A stretch of 64,000 nt of DNA, from contig CANMBE010000004.1 in the NCBI GenBank assembly GCA_947495975.1, forward strand, positions 78,380 to 142,379, given 5' to 3'. The notes below the pieces were generated by a model, which saw only the letters and a program-made list of their open reading frames with translations, was not told where the DNA came from and did not search any database. Source of the DNA: Ignavibacteria bacterium. Its GTDB lineage: Bacteria > Bacteroidota > Ignavibacteria > Kapaibacteriales > Kapaibacteriaceae. Positions 59,645-64,000 of the stretch are shown in pieces; positions within the stretch are counted from its first letter, which is position 1; each line of letters starts with the position of its first letter. Both the position numbers and the translations under genes were made by a program.

Positions 59645-60673
59645 CTATGGCACGATGTAGATGGCGCGCGGTGAAAAGCTGATGATAAGAATGGCTATTG
59701 CGATCCAGCCCACGATGCGGCGTCCGCTGGACAACTCAGTGGTATCGGCAATCTCCGGGTGATCTGTCTTAATCACGAAACGAACAATGATCATCCAGAA
59801 TATCCACAGCTCTCCCATCTGATAGAGCCACGGTGCTCTATCAATAGCACGACCCAAGAGAGGATCGAAAGAGTTCTGCATCCACATTATCCACGTATCT
59901 GCATACGAGTCCGCTAGCAGGACGTGCACGAGATTCAACATCGAGAGAATCGCAAAGAAGAAGAGGATCCACCACAGTCCACGAGCAATTGCGTGTTGCT
60001 TCTTACCAAGCAGTGCATACAAGACATGCCCGCCGTCGAGTTGTCCAAACGGCAACATATTGAGTGCCGTAACAAACAGCCCAAACCAGCCCACACATAA
60101 GAATGGATAGTGATACATTTCATTCATGGGTGGGAGCGTAACCCACCCAGAGAATGCCCAACGCAGTCCGCTAAAGAGCAGTGTATCGCCAAACGTCATG
60201 CCATTTGTTGGAATCTCCGTCATCGCTGCATAGTTGGGATGCATGGCATAAAGAAACTCAGGTCCGGGCAGAGTTACGATTCCAACGATAAGAATTACGA
60301 GACAAACAACAAACCCAGCTAGAGGTCCAGATACACCAATATCAAAAAGTACATTGCGTGTTTGCAGAGGCGACTTTGTACGAATCACTGCGCCAAAAGT
60401 GCCAAAAGGCATAAACGTTGATGGCACTGGTATGAAGTATGGCAGCGTTGCGTCTACACCATGCCATCGTGCTGCAAAGTAGTGCCCAAACTCATGCGAA
60501 GCCAGAAACAACATCACGAGTATAGCATAGGTCAGACCAAATGTCCAATTCTCTATGACGAATGGATCCTTCATCAACCACTGAGCACCGGCCATCATAC
60601 ACGTTACGAACGTAGCAACGAATAACCCTGAATGTACCGCGATCTGCCTAAGCCCAATCCCTGTGTTCGCCAC
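59645..60673 (-). CDS. M50 (site-2 protease) family membrane metalloprotease
   Basis: 'HEFGHYFAARWHG' HExxH motif in a TM helix, plus a later 'LNMLPFGQLDGGH' motif. Confidence 0.8.
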   Translation of the reverse strand: MANTGIGLRQIAVHSGLFVATFVTCMMAGAQWLMKDPFVIENWTFGLTYAILVMLFLASHEFGHYFAARWHGVDATLPYFIPVPSTFMPFGTFGAVIRTKSPLQTRNVLFDIGVSGPLAGFVVCLVILIVGIVTLPGPEFLYAMHPNYAAMTEIPTNGMTFGDTLLFSGLRWAFSGWVTLPPMNEMYHYPFLCVGWFGLFVTALNMLPFGQLDGGHVLYALLGKKQHAIARGLWWILFFFAILSMLNLVHVLLADSYADTWIMWMQNSFDPLLGRAIDRAPWLYQMGELWIFWMIIVRFVIKTDHPEIADTTELSSGRRIVGWIAIAILIISFSPRAIYIVP

Positions 60674-60676
60674 TGG

Positions 60677-62212
60677 CTATTCTCCACTTTCAGCGGTGTT
60701 TGACGCACTCTTTTCGGGACGCATTTGTGGGAAGAAGAGTACGTCTCTAATAGAGTCGTTATTCGTGAGCAACATCACCAAGCGATCAATACCTACGCCA
60801 AGACCCGCAGTTGGTGGCAGGCCAACTTCAATTGCATGCAAGAAATCTTCATCCACAACCATGGCTTCATCATCACCGTCGGCACGTATTTGCGCTTGAT
60901 CTTCTAGCCTCGCACGTTGATCCAGCGGGTCATTTAATTCAGAAAAAGCATTAGCTATTTCTTTGCCCATAACGAAGAGCTCAAAGCGTTCTACGAGCCC
61001 CTTTTCAATTCGGTGTGCCTTGGCAAGTGGCGACATCTCAACCGGATAGTCCATTACAAATGTTGGCTGAATCAAATGCGGCTGCACAAGCACGCTGAAT
61101 ATCTCGTCAAGAATTTTCATTGCGCTTGCCGTTGAATCCACACCAACGTTAAGCTCTCGCGCAGTTGCAAGCAATTGTTCGCGTGATAAACCCCGCAAAT
61201 TTTTTCCAGTATGCTCATCAAACAAATCAAACATACGCGCGCGCGCGAACGGTAGCGCAAATGAGAGTGCAGTACCTTGGTATTCCACCTCCACGCTAGA
61301 ACAGACCTCTGTTACAATTGAATGCAGCATCTCTTCGGTCATCTCCATCATCCAGATGTAGTCCTTGTACGCTACATAGATCTCCATTGCCGTGTATTCT
61401 GGATTATGAGTCTTATCCATTCCCTCATTGCGGAAGTTCTTGGAGATCTCGTACACACCTTCAAAGCCACCAACGATCAGACGCTTTAGATACAACTCGT
61501 CTGCAATTCGCAAATAGAGCTCAACATCCAATGCGTTATGATGCGTTACAAAGGGGCGTGCCGTGGCGCCACCATAGATCGGTTGTAAGATTGGTGTTTC
61601 AACTTCTAGCCAGCCACGGTCATCGAAGAACCGACGCATGGATGAAATGATGCGGGCTCGCTTGATAAAGGTGTCCTTTATCTGCGGGTTTGCGATCAGA
61701 TCAAGGTAGCGCCTGCGATAACGTTGCTCCTTATCAGCAATGGCATCATACCTCACAACGGTTCCATCTTCCGCCACTTCTTCCTTACCCACTGGGATTG
61801 GCGTGATACATTTGGTCAGGAGCGTAAGCGTGCGTGCGTGCAGACTAATCTCACCCATGCGGGTGCGGAACACAAAGCCTTCAACGCCAATGATATCACC
61901 AATGTCGAAAAGACGGAAGTTCTCATACACATCACCGAGATCGTCTTTCTTGAGGTAGATCTGGATTCGCCCCGTTACATCCTGTATGTGACAGAATGTT
62001 GCCTTACCCATCTTACGCATAGCCATGATTCGTCCGGCCACGGACACCGAGGCTAACACATCTGGGCTTTCATCAGAAAACGTGGACAGAATGTGCTGCG
62101 CATGATGTGTGCGATCAAAAGACGCTGGGAACGGCTCTATACCAAGGGTGCGGAGTTCGTGAAGTTCTTCGATGCGGTGCAATTCTTGGTCGTTACGCGA
62201 AACAGAAGACAT
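60677..62212 (-). CDS. lysS: Lysine--tRNA ligase (class II)
   Basis: OB anticodon-binding N-domain and class-II motifs ('FRNEG', 'GGIGIDRL'). Confidence 0.92.
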   Translation of the reverse strand: MSSVSRNDQELHRIEELHELRTLGIEPFPASFDRTHHAQHILSTFSDESPDVLASVSVAGRIMAMRKMGKATFCHIQDVTGRIQIYLKKDDLGDVYENFRLFDIGDIIGVEGFVFRTRMGEISLHARTLTLLTKCITPIPVGKEEVAEDGTVVRYDAIADKEQRYRRRYLDLIANPQIKDTFIKRARIISSMRRFFDDRGWLEVETPILQPIYGGATARPFVTHHNALDVELYLRIADELYLKRLIVGGFEGVYEISKNFRNEGMDKTHNPEYTAMEIYVAYKDYIWMMEMTEEMLHSIVTEVCSSVEVEYQGTALSFALPFARARMFDLFDEHTGKNLRGLSREQLLATARELNVGVDSTASAMKILDEIFSVLVQPHLIQPTFVMDYPVEMSPLAKAHRIEKGLVERFELFVMGKEIANAFSELNDPLDQRARLEDQAQIRADGDDEAMVVDEDFLHAIEVGLPPTAGLGVGIDRLVMLLTNNDSIRDVLFFPQMRPEKSASNTAESGE

Positions 62213-62391
62213 GGAAGATAGATCCTTGCGTGATAGCTGTTATAAACAGCAAAGATAACCTAACGTGGAGTTTCATGAACGTTCTCTATTCTGCACCATA
62301 GTGGTAAAAAGAGAAACAGGTAGGACCGATGAAGAACTGCGTGCGGAGGTCAAAGAAGAAGATGGAACGGCAAATGCACCAACGCCTAACG

Positions 62392-63174
62392 TTATCTGTT
62401 CTGTGATTTTCGCTGGGATCTCGCCTCGAACAAGACGATGCCAGCAGCAACCGACGCATTGAGTGAGGCTACGTTACCCATCATTGGGATTTCCACGAGC
62501 ACATCGCATACGGCCTGCACACTGGGGTGTAGGCCCTCCCCTTCGTTGCCGATGACAATCACAATAGGTCCGGCATAGATGTCATCTGTGTACACGGCAG
62601 TAGCTGGTACCGAGGTGCCTATGATGCGCCATCCCAGAGACTTGCAATACTTCAACGCCTCAGATACACGCGCCACCTTGGCAACCGGCAGATGTTCAAG
62701 GGCACCAGCTGAGGCCTTTACTGCAACAGGTGTTACTGGTGCACTAAATTTAATTGGAAGAATCATCCCAAACGCACCGGAACCTTCAACGCTACGTGCA
62801 ATGGCTCCAAGATTGTGTGGGTCTGTTATACCATCGAGCACAACAACAATAGGATCTGCAGACGTCTCGCGAGCCACCTTCAAAAGTGTTTCGAGCGTCA
62901 CAGGATCTTTAACTGGTCTAATTGCTATTACACCCTGAGCATCATTCGGAGCAAGACCAAGCTGCTTTTCGAGCACCTGAAACTTTCTGCGGTCCATGAT
63001 GCTACATTGCACACCGGCTCGTGATGCGGCCGCTCTGATCTGTGCAATGGGACCTGCATCATCGTTTCCAAAGGCAAGAAAGATTTTTTCTACAGGAGTT
63101 TGTGCATCAATGGCCTCAACGATTGCGCGACGTCCTACGATGTATCGTTCTGAATCAATTTCTGATGAGCTCAC
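62392..63174 (-). CDS. rlmB: SpoU/TrmH-family rRNA 2'-O-methyltransferase (RlmB-like)
   Basis: 'VVLDGITDPHNLGAIARS', 'VIGNEGEGL' and 'LNASVAAGI' SpoU motifs. Start uncertain: the ATG at 63282 overlaps kynU by 112 nt, so a non-ATG start near 63174 is likely. Confidence 0.7.
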   Translation of the reverse strand: MSSSEIDSERYIVGRRAIVEAIDAQTPVEKIFLAFGNDDAGPIAQIRAAASRAGVQCSIMDRRKFQVLEKQLGLAPNDAQGVIAIRPVKDPVTLETLLKVARETSADPIVVVLDGITDPHNLGAIARSVEGSGAFGMILPIKFSAPVTPVAVKASAGALEHLPVAKVARVSEALKYCKSLGWRIIGTSVPATAVYTDDIYAGPIVIVIGNEGEGLHPSVQAVCDVLVEIPMMGNVASLNASVAAGIVLFEARSQRKSQNR

Positions 63175-64000
63175 TTCATGCCTTCCAATATTTCGGCTAA
63201 TGTAGAACCTAAGAATGCGACATCGGCAAATGAGGTATAGAGCGGAGCAGGCGCTAGGCGAATCACGTTTGGAGTTCTCCAATCCACAACGATTCCGCGA
63301 GCGATGAGCGCTTCGTAAACTTCTTTACCATTTCGCTCAAAAAGTATGCTGAGTTGGGCGCCACGGTCAGAACGTGTTGCAGGGGTAATAATCCGTATCC
63401 ACGAGCGCGTGCCAATCGCATTCGATATCACCTGTTCAGCAAACCCCGTAAGCTCATCGCGCTTGGCACCAATGCGATCCAACCCGGCCTCCATGAATGT
63501 CTCTAGAGAAGCACGCAATACCGCCATTTGCAAAACCTGGGCATTTGAGAGCTGCCAACCATCTGCGCCAAATGTTGGCTCAAACTGATGCTCCATGGCA
63601 AAACGAGTTGTTTCGTTGTTCCCCCACCATCCTGCGAGACGGGGTAGATCTGCATTGTCAGCATATCGCTCGTGTACAAAAAGTCCGCCAACGGCTCCTG
63701 GTCCACCGTTTAAGTATTTGTATGAGCACCATACTGCAAAGTCCACATCCCATTCGTGCAGAGAAAGCTCAACGTTGCCTATTGCATGGGCAAGATCGAA
63801 TCCTACCATTGCACCAACATTATGAGCTGCCTTCGCAATCTCAGCCATATCAAAGCGTTGTCCGCTAAAAAAATGTACACCACTAAAGAGCACAAGAGCC
63901 ACACTTGAACCATGTTCATTCACTGCATCAACGATCTGCTGTGTAGAGAGTGAATCAGCCCCTGTGAGCGGCTGAATTTCAATCATACTTTCAGTTGGAT
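63171..64000 (-). CDS. kynU: Kynureninase (C-terminal ~2/3; 5' end beyond the window)
   Basis: 'GFDLAHAIGNVELSLHEWDVDFAVWCSYKYLNGGPGAVGGLFVHERY' kynureninase PLP-Lys region. The reading frame stays open to nt 64000. Confidence 0.8.
   Translation of the reverse strand, partial: PTESMIEIQPLTGADSLSTQQIVDAVNEHGSSVALVLFSGVHFFSGQRFDMAEIAKAAHNVGAMVGFDLAHAIGNVELSLHEWDVDFAVWCSYKYLNGGPGAVGGLFVHERYADNADLPRLAGWWGNNETTRFAMEHQFEPTFGADGWQLSNAQVLQMAVLRASLETFMEAGLDRIGAKRDELTGFAEQVISNAIGTRSWIRIITPATRSDRGAQLSILFERNGKEVYEALIARGIVVDWRTPNVIRLAPAPLYTSFADVAFLGSTLAEILEGMK

Noticed and set aside
1-64000. Scan for tRNA genes (T-arm GGTTCGAnTCC-type motifs), rRNA, CRISPR arrays, IS elements or phage genes
   Set aside because: None were found. 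The intergenic regions are short and lack tRNA-like motifs. There are no direct-repeat arrays, and no transposase, integrase or recombinase ORFs. The window looks like core chromosome apart from the sugar operon.

Overview
This 64 kb window reads as a densely packed chromosomal segment from a Bacteroidota/Chlorobi-Ignavibacteria-type organism. About 50 protein genes are supported, nearly all identifiable from the translated ORFs. The phylum inference rests on three proteins carrying T9SS C-terminal sorting domains, a CarboxypepD_reg-type TonB receptor, the rpsF/rplI arrangement and a long SecA.

- **Housekeeping genes:** metH, secA, lysS, lipA, gdh, hppD, alr, ansA, scpAB, purN, thyX, dtd, rplI, rpsF, rlmD, rlmB, corA, kynU, a PDH-type E2, a cysteine desulfurase, a di-haem cytochrome c peroxidase, an MsbA-like ABC exporter and an S2P protease.
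- **RNA genes:** one ncRNA is recognisable directly from the sequence, a type-A RNase P RNA (rnpB, ~16390-16856), sitting under two spurious ORFs of the track. No tRNA, rRNA, CRISPR array, IS element or phage gene was seen.
- **Most interesting locus:** a tightly overlapping 9-gene minus-strand operon at 33900-42142. It combines a NeuB-like PEP-condensing synthase, an SpsF-type cytidylyltransferase, an SDR, a class-III aminotransferase, a split transketolase and a possible glycosyltransferase-fold protein, and ends in a fatty-acid-hydroxylase-family membrane enzyme and an LpxH-like phosphoesterase. This looks like a biosynthetic module for a CMP-activated, transketolase-derived (chain-extended or branched) ulosonic or amino sugar, possibly coupled to lipid modification. 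I could not map it onto any textbook pathway.
- **Other notable items:**
  - a T9SS-exported surface protein fusing a class-I cytochrome-c-like CxxCH domain to four Ig repeats;
  - an animal-type glutamate dehydrogenase with an antenna-like insertion;
  - rpsF directly abutting rplI with no rpsR;
  - a giant (1569 aa) T9SS cargo protein;
  - tandem repeats encoding the E2 linkers.

All calls come from reading the sequence and translations. No database search was run.
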